A DNA stretch of 64,000 bases from Candidatus Nanopelagicales bacterium (GTDB lineage: Bacteria > Actinomycetota > Actinomycetes > S36-B12), in assembly GCA_028825115.1 (NCBI GenBank), contig JAPKAV010000002.1:126604-190603 (forward strand). The letters run 5' to 3'. The position numbers were made by a program, and so were the translations under genes. A model generated the notes under the pieces. The model was given only the letters and a program-made list of their open reading frames with translations. It searched no databases and was not told the origin of the DNA. Positions 49,574 through 58,789 of this stretch are shown piece after piece (position 1 is the stretch's first letter; every line of letters begins with the position of its first letter).

Positions 49574-50065
49574 TTAGTTGTGGGTGTGTGTAACTCGGTC
49601 CGGTTCTCGGCCTGTGGGTTCGCCTTCAGCTCGAAGGAGGGCAATTTCGGCCTCAAAATCATTGAGAGTGTCAAAGGAGCGATAGACCGAAGCGAAGCGA
49701 AGGTAGGCGACTTCATCAAGTTCACGCAGGGGAGCCAAAATAGCGAGTCCCACCTCCTGGGCAGGGATTTCGCTATTGCCTGTGGCGCGGAGAAAATCTT
49801 CGACACGCTGAGCAAGTAGTGCAAGCTCATCGTCTGATACTGGCCTTCCCTGACACGCCTTACGCACCCCACTGACCACTTTGCCACGATTAAATGGCTC
49901 ACTGACGCCGCTTCGTTTTACCACTCCTAGGGCGGCTACTTCCGCAGTTGTAAATCGCCTCCCACAGTGTCCACACTCACGACGGCGGCGGATTGCCAAT
50001 CCTTCATCGATTGTGCGCGAATCGATGACTCGTGAGTCGTCTTGGCGGCAGAATGGGCACTTCAT
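49574..50065 (-). CDS. nrdR: transcriptional repressor NrdR
   Basis: MKCPFC...[10 protein letters not shown] zinc ribbon followed by an ATP-cone. The start is set at ATG 50065. The ORF opens at 50089. Confidence 0.95.
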   Translation of the reverse strand: MKCPFCRQDDSRVIDSRTIDEGLAIRRRRECGHCGRRFTTAEVAALGVVKRSGVSEPFNRGKVVSGVRKACQGRPVSDDELALLAQRVEDFLRATGNSEIPAQEVGLAILAPLRELDEVAYLRFASVYRSFDTLNDFEAEIALLRAEGEPTGREPDRVTHTHN

Positions 50066-50315
50066 GCGCTGACCCCTATCCTCGTTCAATCACAACAGTC
50101 ACATGGGAACTTTTGTCCCCTTGCGTAACACGCGAAACGCTAGTTCAACCATCCTGAGGATTACCTGTGGATGATCTGCGATCAACCTGTGCGCTCGTTC
50201 CATAACCTGCAAACCACAACCTGTGGACGAAATACTAGAGTGTAACTACTACATCTTGGGGTCTGAACCTAATGGATGCACAAGCGTTATGCAACCTATT
50301 TCGACCGGCGTGTTG

Positions 50316-51035
50316 CTAAATTGCCAAAGGATTTTTTCCAAATAGCTGATTCAGGTAGGAGACAGTGAGTTTCGTTCGCAGAGCACGGCCCCTATAGTCA
50401 TAGTGGATTGCGCCAACCGTCCGGATATTCGCCGCCTTTGCACGCGATGCCCACGGCAATACATGCACGTTAGGGCGACCTGCGGCAGCCTTGCCAAGCG
50501 TCCTGTTAAACCACGACTGCTTCGATTTACTGAATCGGTCGCCATTGCCTCCATAAAGATTGATCCACAGCACTGAACGCTTCGGACCCAGTTGGTCCAG
50601 AATCTCGCCGATTCGCGCTTTTGTGGTGGATTTATCAATCCACCTCATGTCATTGACGCCCAACGCCATTACCACGGTCTTGGGAAGCCCTTTCCACCTC
50701 CGCTGGTCCCGAATCTGCGACATCCCCCAATCGAGTCGCTTACCCCCAAAGCACCTAATCGTGGGATTCCAGCCTGATTTCTTCAAAGATTTTCGCAGAA
50801 TCGTACGCGAATTCCTAGTCAGCGAATCACCAATGACCACCACTCTCCTACCCGCCCCCGGGCCAATCGGACTTACTTTGTCAAACGAGATAGGGGCACT
50901 ACATGCTCGAGAGTCGCCTCCCGTTCGCCATTTGGAATCTAACTCGGCTGCCCTAAGCGGCGCGCTCACCGAGGCAATGGCCAACAAGGAACCCAAGACC
51001 AGAACCATGACAGCCCTTCGTGCTCCCAATTTCAT
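50316..51035 (-). CDS. secreted SGNH-like hydrolase
   Basis: Signal peptide, a VVVIGDSLTRNS block and a GVND block. Confidence 0.6.
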   Translation of the reverse strand: MKLGARRAVMVLVLGSLLAIASVSAPLRAAELDSKWRTGGDSRACSAPISFDKVSPIGPGAGRRVVVIGDSLTRNSRTILRKSLKKSGWNPTIRCFGGKRLDWGMSQIRDQRRWKGLPKTVVMALGVNDMRWIDKSTTKARIGEILDQLGPKRSVLWINLYGGNGDRFSKSKQSWFNRTLGKAAAGRPNVHVLPWASRAKAANIRTVGAIHYDYRGRALRTKLTVSYLNQLFGKNPLAI

Positions 51036-51061
51036 GCCTTTAGCCTAAGTGGCCGAAGTGA

Positions 51062-51382
51062 CTAACCAGAAATGGGGATAATCAACGATTGGCCCGGAAA
51101 AACGTGCTCCGTGCCGATCCCATTGATCTCCCGGATGCCCATGATCAGAGCCCGTGGATCAGCTCCAGGGTTCAGACTCTGCGAAATCGACCATAGACTC
51201 TCACCCGGTTGGACGACCACCACCTGAGTGATGGGCGGGGTTAATTTGGATGCGGCATCAGCGGTTCCGCTACCGAACAAGACCCACATACACAGGACAG
51301 CCCACGTCATAACAATTCCTAGGACCACCCGTCCTCGGATTGTGAGGACGATCGATGCCGTCGCGCGATGATGAGCATTCAT
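51062..51382 (-). CDS. LysM domain membrane protein
   Basis: N-terminal transmembrane helix and a C-terminal LysM domain (VVQPGESLWSISQSL...PGQSLIIP). It is divergent from lexA, as is typical in Actinobacteria. The start is set at ATG 51382 so that the SOS box lies outside the CDS. Confidence 0.8.
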   Translation of the reverse strand: MNAHHRATASIVLTIRGRVVLGIVMTWAVLCMWVLFGSGTADAASKLTPPITQVVVVQPGESLWSISQSLNPGADPRALIMGIREINGIGTEHVFPGQSLIIPISG

Positions 51383-51401
51383 GGGGAATCCTTTCACTAA
51401 T

Positions 51402-51417
51402 TCGAACAAGTGTACGA
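51402..51417. promoter_or_regulatory. candidate LexA (SOS) box TCGAACAAGTGTACGA
   Basis: Matches the actinobacterial TCGAAC-N4-GTTCGA consensus with one mismatch. It lies 20 nt upstream of the LysM gene start. Confidence 0.6.
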
Positions 51418-51452
51418 TTTATATCACTAGGGATGCGACACGTCCAAGCATT

Positions 51453-51468
51453 TCGAACATATGTTTGA
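51453..51468. promoter_or_regulatory. candidate LexA (SOS) box TCGAACATATGTTTGA
   Basis: Matches TCGAAC-N4-GTTCGA with one mismatch. It lies about 105 nt upstream of the lexA ATG. Confidence 0.6.
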
Positions 51469-51573
51469 TTCGTGTCGCCTCTTGAGATAGCCTGAGTGCA
51501 TCAGAGGGGACTGACATTTAGATCCATTCGGGTGAGTCCTCGACACAACAACCGCAATTTGACGGGAGTCACA

Positions 51574-52278
51574 ATGGCCGGTCGGATCCAAAAACCTCCG
51601 AAGAACGGTGCCACTTCCGTGATCAGGCACCTTCATGACCCTGCCCGCAGCGAAATCACCGATCGACAACGAGCAATTTTGGACATGATTCGAGTCACCA
51701 CCAAGGAGCGCGGTTACCCACCCAGTGTCCGCGAAATTGGCGACTCGGTAGGTTTGAACAGCCCCAGTTCGGTGGCGCACCAATTGAAAAACCTTCAACG
51801 ATCCGGATACCTACGCATTGATCCAAATCGTCCACGAGCCCTTGTCCTCGCCCCAGAAACGACCGATCATGACGATCCTCAGGTCCAAGCGCCCACTGAC
51901 CGCACGCTTGCGCAGGTTCCTGTCCTCGGCCGCATTGCTGCCGGTGGCCCAATCTTGGCCGAGGAATCTGTGGAAGCGACTTTCCCACTCCCCCGCGACC
52001 TAGTGGGCGAAGGCGAACTGTTTAGCCTTAAAGTCGTCGGCGACTCAATGGTAGATGCCGCAATCTGCGACGGCGATTGGGTGGTTATCCGTCAACAGCC
52101 GACCTGTGAGAACGGGGATATTGTCGCCGCACTAATCGACGACGAAGCGACCGTAAAAACTTTCTCACAACGCGATGGTCATGTGTGGCTCATGCCGCAT
52201 AATCCTGCGTATTCACCAATTTTAGGCGATCATGCACAGATCTTGGGCAAAGTCGTGTCTGTACTTCGAAAGCTGTGA
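51574..52278 (+). CDS. lexA: LexA repressor
   Basis: Winged-helix N-terminal domain ([12 protein letters not shown]...[10 protein letters not shown]), an Ala-Gly cleavage site (RIAAGGPI), catalytic Ser (VVGDSM) and catalytic Lys (EATVKTF). The ORF opens at 51496. Confidence 0.95.
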   Translation: MAGRIQKPPKNGATSVIRHLHDPARSEITDRQRAILDMIRVTTKERGYPPSVREIGDSVGLNSPSSVAHQLKNLQRSGYLRIDPNRPRALVLAPETTDHDDPQVQAPTDRTLAQVPVLGRIAAGGPILAEESVEATFPLPRDLVGEGELFSLKVVGDSMVDAAICDGDWVVIRQQPTCENGDIVAALIDDEATVKTFSQRDGHVWLMPHNPAYSPILGDHAQILGKVVSVLRKL

Positions 52279-52283
52279 TTGGC

Positions 52284-54275
52284 TTAATGCCCAGCAATTC
52301 GTTGATCAGATTCCGCGCGTAAACGTTCAAGTGCACGAAGTGCAACTGGTTTATCTTTCGTAAACCACATGGGCGGCATGCTTTTTCGCAAACTACCCCC
52401 GTAGCCTGAATTCGCCAACCGAGAATCCAACACACTCACGACACCCCGGTCCTGTCCACTGCGGATCAGGCGCCCTGATGCCTGAGCGAGCAAGAGCCCA
52501 GCGCGTGGCAACGTTACCGAGCGAAATCCGGAGCCGCCTGCTTCATCAACCCTTGACGAGCGAGCGGACATCACCGGGTCGTCGGGACGTGGAAACGGAA
52601 TTCGATCAATAATTACTTGAACGCAGGAATCACCGGGGATATCAACCCCCTGCCACAGTGATAACGTGCCAATCAGCGTCGACTCGATCTCAGAGGTGAA
52701 CCGTTCAACCAACAGCGAAACGGATTCGCCCTTTCGTTGAATAAGTAGCGGCGTATCACACCGGACGCGCAAATACTCGGCCGCTTTTTCCACCGCACGC
52801 CAACTTGAACACAGAATTAAGGTGCGCCCACCGGATGCTTCTACCAGCTCACCCATTGCGTCAAGGCCAGCCATATCCAGTCCTTCACGCCCCGGAGGTG
52901 GGAGGTCGGCGGCAACATAAAGAATCCCCTGCTTCGAGTAATCAAAAGGGGAACCGACATCCACAGTTTCCGTGCGCGCATCCGTTCCCAGACCTAAAGA
53001 TTGCGTAATTGCATCGAAGCTCCCCCCCGTAGTTAGTGTTGCACTTGTAACCACCGCAAATTTTTCGGCAAATAACTTGTCTCGCAAAATGTGGGCAACA
53101 CTGAGCGGAGCGCTATGTAGAGTCGGTGGCCTGCCATCATGATCGATCCACAGAACCGAGTCGTTTCCCTGGGAAATAAGGGCCCCGGCCAAATCATGGA
53201 GCTCCTCAAGGCCGCCGCGGGCTCGTTGATTTCGTGCCGCGATATCTGGATCCTCGCCTTTTTGGGGTGACATCTCGGTCACCCCAGCTTGGCTTGAATC
53301 TCGGATCAGAATCAACGCCAAGAGCAATTGCGGATCCAACAACGCCAACCGACTCAGGCCACTTGTCGGATCGGACGCCCCCAGTAATGCGTCTTCAAAT
53401 GCTTTTTGCGCATCCACCAACAGGTCCATTGTTTGATCACTCACCTGCGATCCCAGCCGTGATACGGCGCGCTCAACTCCTGCGGCATTTAGTTCAATCG
53501 TGATCGCGCCCGTTGCCCGATCAACTATTTCGTGTCCTTCGTCGATCACGACAATGTCATGTTCGGGCAGAATTGGGATGCCCTCAACGACGTCGATCGC
53601 CAACAGGGCGTGATTGGTTACCACAATATGTGCCGCTTGGGCCTGCAGTCTGTGCTTCGCGGTAAAGCAATCCTCGCCAAACGCACACTGTGACTCACCA
53701 ACGCATTCGCGCCGATTGACCGAGAAGCCTCTCCAGACACGGGGGTCAATGTCGTCACCGAAATCGTCTTTATCGCCAGTGTCGGTTTCATTGGCCCACG
53801 CTCGTACCGCAACCGCTTGGTCACCAAGCGCCCCACGACTCACCTCAAAAAGCGCCTCCCCTTCAGGATCGGGGATTGCTGAATGCAATTTTTGTAGACA
53901 GACATAATTGTTTCGCCCTTTAAGTACAGCGTAAGTCAGTGTGAGGCCATACTCTTGCAATATTGCCTCAGCCAGCGACGGCAAGTCTTTCTCCATCAGC
54001 TGACGTTGCAATGCAATCGTCGCGGTTGAAACGACAACCGCGCCTCCTCCTTCACTGAGTGCGTGCGCGGCAGCAGGCACGAGATAGCCGAGAGACTTGC
54101 CCGTGCCGGTTCCCGCTTGAATTATCCGATGACCACCGGCGACCAGACCGTCAACGATCGTCTGCACCATTTGTTGTTGCCCCGAACGCTCGGTGCCATG
54201 GAAACTTTCTACGGCCTTTTGCAATAACTCTTGTGCGTCAATATCAACCGGCACGCAAAAACCCTTGGCGCTCAA
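52284..54275 (-). CDS. DinG/XPD-family ATP-dependent DNA helicase
   Basis: Walker A IQAGTGTGKSL, DEGH box (VIDEGHEIV) and C-terminal helicase motifs. The 5' end overlaps hflX, so the real start may be an internal GTG. Confidence 0.85.
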   Translation of the reverse strand: MSAKGFCVPVDIDAQELLQKAVESFHGTERSGQQQMVQTIVDGLVAGGHRIIQAGTGTGKSLGYLVPAAAHALSEGGGAVVVSTATIALQRQLMEKDLPSLAEAILQEYGLTLTYAVLKGRNNYVCLQKLHSAIPDPEGEALFEVSRGALGDQAVAVRAWANETDTGDKDDFGDDIDPRVWRGFSVNRRECVGESQCAFGEDCFTAKHRLQAQAAHIVVTNHALLAIDVVEGIPILPEHDIVVIDEGHEIVDRATGAITIELNAAGVERAVSRLGSQVSDQTMDLLVDAQKAFEDALLGASDPTSGLSRLALLDPQLLLALILIRDSSQAGVTEMSPQKGEDPDIAARNQRARGGLEELHDLAGALISQGNDSVLWIDHDGRPPTLHSAPLSVAHILRDKLFAEKFAVVTSATLTTGGSFDAITQSLGLGTDARTETVDVGSPFDYSKQGILYVAADLPPPGREGLDMAGLDAMGELVEASGGRTLILCSSWRAVEKAAEYLRVRCDTPLLIQRKGESVSLLVERFTSEIESTLIGTLSLWQGVDIPGDSCVQVIIDRIPFPRPDDPVMSARSSRVDEAGGSGFRSVTLPRAGLLLAQASGRLIRSGQDRGVVSVLDSRLANSGYGGSLRKSMPPMWFTKDKPVALRALERLRAESDQRIAGH

Positions 54276-55650
54276 TGTCTGCCGCTAGTGCCGCCGGCAC
54301 CAAGGCGCTCACGTCACTCCCGGTGTCAACGTGAGCAATATTGACCTGCTCGCCCGATTCGTGAATCCGCGAGATTAGGTCCCCACGGCTGTAAGGGATT
54401 GTGACATCAATAGCAACCAGAGTTTGTGGCAGTTTTGTATCAATTCGCGCGAGAAGTTCCTCGAGGCCCGCCCCAGTGTGGGCACTGACAACAATCGATT
54501 CAGGGAACGCTCCCTGAATCGCCACGATATCCATGGGATCGGCGATATCGCTCTTGTTTATCGCAATCAATTCTGGGATCTCACCTGCGCCAATTTCGTT
54601 GAGCACTTCCCGCACCGCGGATATCTGCCCAAAGGGATCCTCATCACACCCATCAACAACGTGAACGATCAACGTCGCTTCCTGAACCTCTGTCAAAGTG
54701 GACCTGAACGCTTCCACAAGATCATGGGGCAAGTGGCGCACAAAACCCACGGTGTCAGCGATCGTGAGCTCTTTGCCGCCGGGAGCCCTCAACTTTCGCA
54801 CAGTGGGATCTAGGGTGGCAAACAAAGCATCTTGAACAAGTACTCCAGCTCCAGTTAGTGCATTGAGCACACTTGACTTGCCGGCATTGGTGTAACCCGC
54901 CAGAGCCACAGTTGCAATCCCTGAGGCCTCCCGTGCAGCACGCTGGGTTCTGCGGGTTGCCTCGAGTGCTTTGAGTTCTCTGCGCAACTTCGTCATCTGG
55001 GCTCTGATTCGCCGTCGATCTGTTTCAATTTTCGTCTCACCCGGGCCCCGAGTTCCCAATCCCCCACTGGCACCACCTGCGTGACCGCCAGCCTGACGAC
55101 TCAGTGACTCTCCCCATCCGCGTAGTCGCGGCAAAAGGTACTGCATTTGCGCAAGAGAAACCTGGGCTTTACCTTCACGACTACGCGCATGCTGGGCGAA
55201 GATATCGAGAATCAACCACGTGCGATCAACAACCTTGACCTTGACGATGCCTTCTAATTTCCGGAGCTGGCCGGGAGACAATTCGCCATCACAAATCACC
55301 GTGTCAGCCCCCGTGTCGGCCACAATCAAAGCAAGTTCCTTGACCTTTCCTGAACCCAAATAGGTGGCAGGATCTGGAGCGTCACGTCGCTGAATCACAC
55401 CTTCAATCACTTCTGATCCGGCGGTCTGAGCCAATTGAGCCAACTCACGTAATGAGCGCTCCGCCTGTGCAACGGTTCCTGTGGTCCACACCCCGGCAAG
55501 CACTACCCGTTCGAGTCGGATCTGGCGATACTCAACCTCAGTGACGTCTTGTAACTCAGTGGAAAGAGAAAAGACCCTTCGGAGCCCTTGTCTTTGCTCA
55601 AGCTCAAGGCTGATGTCACCATCTTGGCCCAGATTGGATTCACTCACCAA
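54244..55650 (-). CDS. hflX: GTPase HflX
   Basis: HflX N-terminal domain plus G motifs (GYTNAGKSS, DTVGF, NKSD). Confidence 0.95.
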   Translation of the reverse strand: MVSESNLGQDGDISLELEQRQGLRRVFSLSTELQDVTEVEYRQIRLERVVLAGVWTTGTVAQAERSLRELAQLAQTAGSEVIEGVIQRRDAPDPATYLGSGKVKELALIVADTGADTVICDGELSPGQLRKLEGIVKVKVVDRTWLILDIFAQHARSREGKAQVSLAQMQYLLPRLRGWGESLSRQAGGHAGGASGGLGTRGPGETKIETDRRRIRAQMTKLRRELKALEATRRTQRAAREASGIATVALAGYTNAGKSSVLNALTGAGVLVQDALFATLDPTVRKLRAPGGKELTIADTVGFVRHLPHDLVEAFRSTLTEVQEATLIVHVVDGCDEDPFGQISAVREVLNEIGAGEIPELIAINKSDIADPMDIVAIQGAFPESIVVSAHTGAGLEELLARIDTKLPQTLVAIDVTIPYSRGDLISRIHESGEQVNIAHVDTGSDVSALVPAALAADIERQGFLRAG

Positions 55651-55737
55651 GGCAGTATCGCAGATGACTCAAATGGGGGACGTTTGTAACGTGAGACCGT
55701 TGCCTTCACAGTATTAACACTTGGCCAGGTGGACAGG

Positions 55738-57177
55738 TCAGCCGTCCAGCTCAACCCGGCGCTTGGCCACGTATTCAACTAACTCTGCCTTGATGGCTTC
55801 ATCCATGGGTGGCTCTTCGTACTTGTCAAGGGTGTCCAAATAGATGGCGCGGGCACGCCCCGCTGTGTCAATTGAGCCGTTGCGGGTCCACCGCTCGAAA
55901 TTGTCGGAGCTGGAAAGCCACGGCCGGTAAAAACAATCACGGAAATTCTCCATGGTGTGCGCTGCTCCCAGGAAGTGTCCACCGTGACGTACTTCGTCAT
56001 GGGCATCGAAAGCCAGATCATCGTCAGTAAATTCAATCGGCTGGAACTCGGCAATAAGCTGCTCAAGAATCTGGATGTCAATGATGTACTTCTCAAAACA
56101 TGACACGAGTCCACCCTCGAGCCAACCGGCCGAATGCAGCACCACATTTGCGCCGGCAAGGAATGTTGGCATCAAAGTCATGACACTTTCGTAGGCCGCC
56201 TGTGCATCAGGCAGCTGAGAAGCATTAAGTCCACCACCTGCCCTGAATGGCACCTTGTATGCACGCGCGATTTGCCCAATACAGTATTGGCCAACTGCAG
56301 ACTCTGGGGTACCAAATTGCGGCGAACCTGTCTTCATATCGATGTTGGACAAGAATGAACCCATAATGACCGGTGTCCCTGGTCGAATCAATTGAGTGAG
56401 GGCGATACCCGAAAAAGCTTCAGCCACTTGTTGTGCCAGCGTGGCTGCAATGGACACTGGTGACATGGCTCCCATAAGAAGAAATGGCGTAACAATTACA
56501 GGTTGTTTAGCTCTGCAATAGACAAACAGTGAATCCAGCATTCGGTCATCCCAGCGCAGTGGAGAGTTGCAGTTGATCAAGGAATATCCGAATGGTTTTT
56601 CTTCAATTGACTTGCGACCACCCAACACGATTTCAGCCATGGCAATCGTGTCGGCTGCATTTTCGCCCGTCACTACGTTGCCCATAATGAATTTGTCGGT
56701 CAAAGTGAAAGCATTAAAAACCATATCAAGGTGGCGAGAGTCAAGAGATGCATCATTGGGTTCCACTACAACCCCACCCACGCTGTCCATCGCTGCAAAA
56801 CTTTGCGCCAATCGGCAAAAATTCTGGAAGTCACCGAGGGTTCCATCACGCCGCACATCCCCATCGCGCACGAAAGGGGCCCCATACACACTCGAGAACA
56901 CCATGTTCTTTCCACCAATGGTCACGTTGTTCGCCGGATTCCGAGCCTGCATTTCAAATTGTTCGGGGACCAGTTTTAACTGCTCCAGGAGGAACTCAGG
57001 ATCGAAATAGACGATGTTTTCCTCGACCCGTTGCCCCGCTTGTCGGAACAGTTCGTGGGCCTCTTCCGAAAGAAACTCCACACCGATCTCGGACACGATT
57101 CGACGCCAGCCTCTGTCCAGCGTCGCCATTGACTCTGGCGAAAGAATCTCAAAGCGCGGTAATTCATTTTGCAGCAT
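55738..57177 (-). CDS. MttB-superfamily methyltransferase, non-pyrrolysine type (quaternary amine:corrinoid methyltransferase candidate)
   Basis: 479-aa uninterrupted ORF with length and sequence character typical of the trimethylamine methyltransferase (MttB) family. TGA stop. There is no in-frame TAG. An in-frame TAA lies 18 nt upstream of the ATG. Confidence 0.88.
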   Translation of the reverse strand: MLQNELPRFEILSPESMATLDRGWRRIVSEIGVEFLSEEAHELFRQAGQRVEENIVYFDPEFLLEQLKLVPEQFEMQARNPANNVTIGGKNMVFSSVYGAPFVRDGDVRRDGTLGDFQNFCRLAQSFAAMDSVGGVVVEPNDASLDSRHLDMVFNAFTLTDKFIMGNVVTGENAADTIAMAEIVLGGRKSIEEKPFGYSLINCNSPLRWDDRMLDSLFVYCRAKQPVIVTPFLLMGAMSPVSIAATLAQQVAEAFSGIALTQLIRPGTPVIMGSFLSNIDMKTGSPQFGTPESAVGQYCIGQIARAYKVPFRAGGGLNASQLPDAQAAYESVMTLMPTFLAGANVVLHSAGWLEGGLVSCFEKYIIDIQILEQLIAEFQPIEFTDDDLAFDAHDEVRHGGHFLGAAHTMENFRDCFYRPWLSSSDNFERWTRNGSIDTAGRARAIYLDTLDKYEEPPMDEAIKAELVEYVAKRRVELDG

Positions 57178-57234
57178 GATTTTCCCAATCTTTTAGCAGG
57201 CCCCTTGTTGTGGTCTGTGACTATAGTAGTATAA

Positions 57235-57262
57235 ATGGAACACGAGTTCCATAATATGGAAC
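57235..57262. promoter_or_regulatory. three-half-site operator candidate ATGGAAC-acga-GTTCCAT-aat-ATGGAAC
   Basis: Read directly in the 150-nt divergent spacer between the MttB-like gene and iclR. Two overlapping perfect 7-bp inverted repeats share the central half-site. Confidence 0.5.
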
Positions 57263-57327
57263 ATATTCGAATTTATCGTGTAGCATCTAGATCACAGGGC
57301 ACGGGACAATGATCACGAAAGGGAGCC

Positions 57328-58122
57328 ATGGGATCGAACATCCAGTCAATTAACCGCGCAGCGAGTATCCTGGCTCTCATCTTGGAGTCGGAAAATTCGC
57401 CAAGTTTCACGCAAATAATGGAAACCACCGGGCTGGCACGAAGCACCGCCTCGCGGCTCCTCGCCAGCTTGGAGGACAACCACCTGGTAGCCAGAAATGA
57501 AGAAAATTTGTACAGCGCCGGCCCCATGATCACGCGGTTCTCGCACTCAACTGGCCCGGAAGAGGATTTAATCGCGCAGTCCCAGGAAGCTATGGAACTC
57601 TTGAGCCAGGAAACTAGGGAAGCGATTAACCTGGCAATCCTCGTGGGCGATGAAGTACAGCAGATCTCCCAGCTGGATAGCAAGTACCTGATGGGGAATG
57701 TGAACTGGGTGGGACTTTCAGTTCCCACGCATTGTTCCGCGGTGGGTAAGGCCTTTTTGGCGTTCGGAAATGCCGCTACCACGGGGAGGCTCAAAAAGCG
57801 CACTGCGAAGTCAATCACGAACAGGGCTGCCCTTGAGAAGGACCTTAAAAAGGTACGGGCACGTGGCTGGGCCCTCTCAGACTCGGAATTGGAAGTCGGT
57901 CTCACGGCGATTGGTGCGCCCATATTCGGTGCCGACGGCCATGTGGTGGCAGCTCTCAGCGTTTCCGGTCCCACCATGCGACTGAACAAGGATCGGGTAG
58001 AGGTAATTGGCGCTCTCATTGCTCGACAAGGAAGCCTAATTTCACAGCAACTCGGTTACACAGCACAGCACGGCACCGTTAAGGAACACTCCACGTCAGA
58101 TCGAAAGGTGGGCGCAGCATGA
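57328..58122 (+). CDS. IclR-family transcriptional regulator
   Basis: N-terminal wHTH (INRAASILALI...FTQIMETTGLARSTASRLLASLED) and a C-terminal IclR effector domain. Confidence 0.9.
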   Translation: MGSNIQSINRAASILALILESENSPSFTQIMETTGLARSTASRLLASLEDNHLVARNEENLYSAGPMITRFSHSTGPEEDLIAQSQEAMELLSQETREAINLAILVGDEVQQISQLDSKYLMGNVNWVGLSVPTHCSAVGKAFLAFGNAATTGRLKKRTAKSITNRAALEKDLKKVRARGWALSDSELEVGLTAIGAPIFGADGHVVAALSVSGPTMRLNKDRVEVIGALIARQGSLISQQLGYTAQHGTVKEHSTSDRKVGAA

Positions 58123-58784
58123 CGCACGAAGAAATCCTGAAAAGCCTGTACGAGGAGGTCATGGTGGGCAATGGTCCTGCCGTACTTGAATTAACGAATC
58201 AAGGGCTGGCGGATGGGCTAGGCCCGGAACCGATCCTGTTTGAGGCTCTTATTCCCAGCCTGGAGGAAGTGGGGGCACGCTTCGAGCGTGGCGACTATTT
58301 CGTTCCGGAAATGCTGATTGCCGGCCGCGCGATGAGTGGCGCCCTCGACATTTTGCGCCCATTGCTCGCTGAAACCGGGGTGGAAACTGTGGGAACATTC
58401 CTGATGGGCACCGTCAAAGGGGATGTTCACGATATCGGTAAGAACTTGGTCAACATCATGCTCGAAGGCGCTGGATTTCATGTAATTGACCTGGGCGTAC
58501 AAGTATCTCCAGAGAAATTTGTCGCCGCCATCGAAGAATACAAGCCCGATATTGTGGGCATGAGTGCGTTTCTTACCACCACAATGCCCATGTTCAAAGT
58601 TAATATCCACAACATCACAAAAGCGGGGCTGCGCGAACAAGTCATAGTGTTGGTTGGTGGAGCACCTGTTACCCGCGAGTATGCCGACGCGTGCGGAGCT
58701 GATGGCTATGCTGCAGACGCGGCAACAGCGGTACGACTAGCAAAGAAACTCATTGCCGGACGACGCGCCTTAGCAAAGGTCTAG
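58119..58784 (+). CDS. cobalamin-binding corrinoid protein (MtgC/MtbC-like)
   Basis: ATGA overlap with iclR. N-terminal B12-binding cap helix bundle plus a Rossmann-like B12 domain with the DxHxxG motif (GDVHDIGKN). Confidence 0.9.
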   Translation: MTHEEILKSLYEEVMVGNGPAVLELTNQGLADGLGPEPILFEALIPSLEEVGARFERGDYFVPEMLIAGRAMSGALDILRPLLAETGVETVGTFLMGTVKGDVHDIGKNLVNIMLEGAGFHVIDLGVQVSPEKFVAAIEEYKPDIVGMSAFLTTTMPMFKVNIHNITKAGLREQVIVLVGGAPVTREYADACGADGYAADAATAVRLAKKLIAGRRALAKV

Positions 58785-58789
58785 TTTAA

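Noticed and set aside
55738-57177. Possible in-frame amber (pyrrolysine) codon, or a split MttB gene.
   Set aside because: The ORF is continuous for 479 codons and ends in TGA. An in-frame TAA lies 18 nt upstream of the ATG. No pylTSBCD-like genes are present in the window. It is therefore a non-Pyl family member.
57237-57250. The GAAC-ACGA-GTTC core in the mttB/iclR spacer could be read as a LexA (Cheo/SOS) box.
   Set aside because: The flanks are G/C-swapped relative to TCGAAC-N4-GTTCGA (TGGAAC...GTTCCA). The motif is part of a larger three-half-site array next to an IclR gene, so an IclR operator is the simpler explanation. This is not excluded experimentally.
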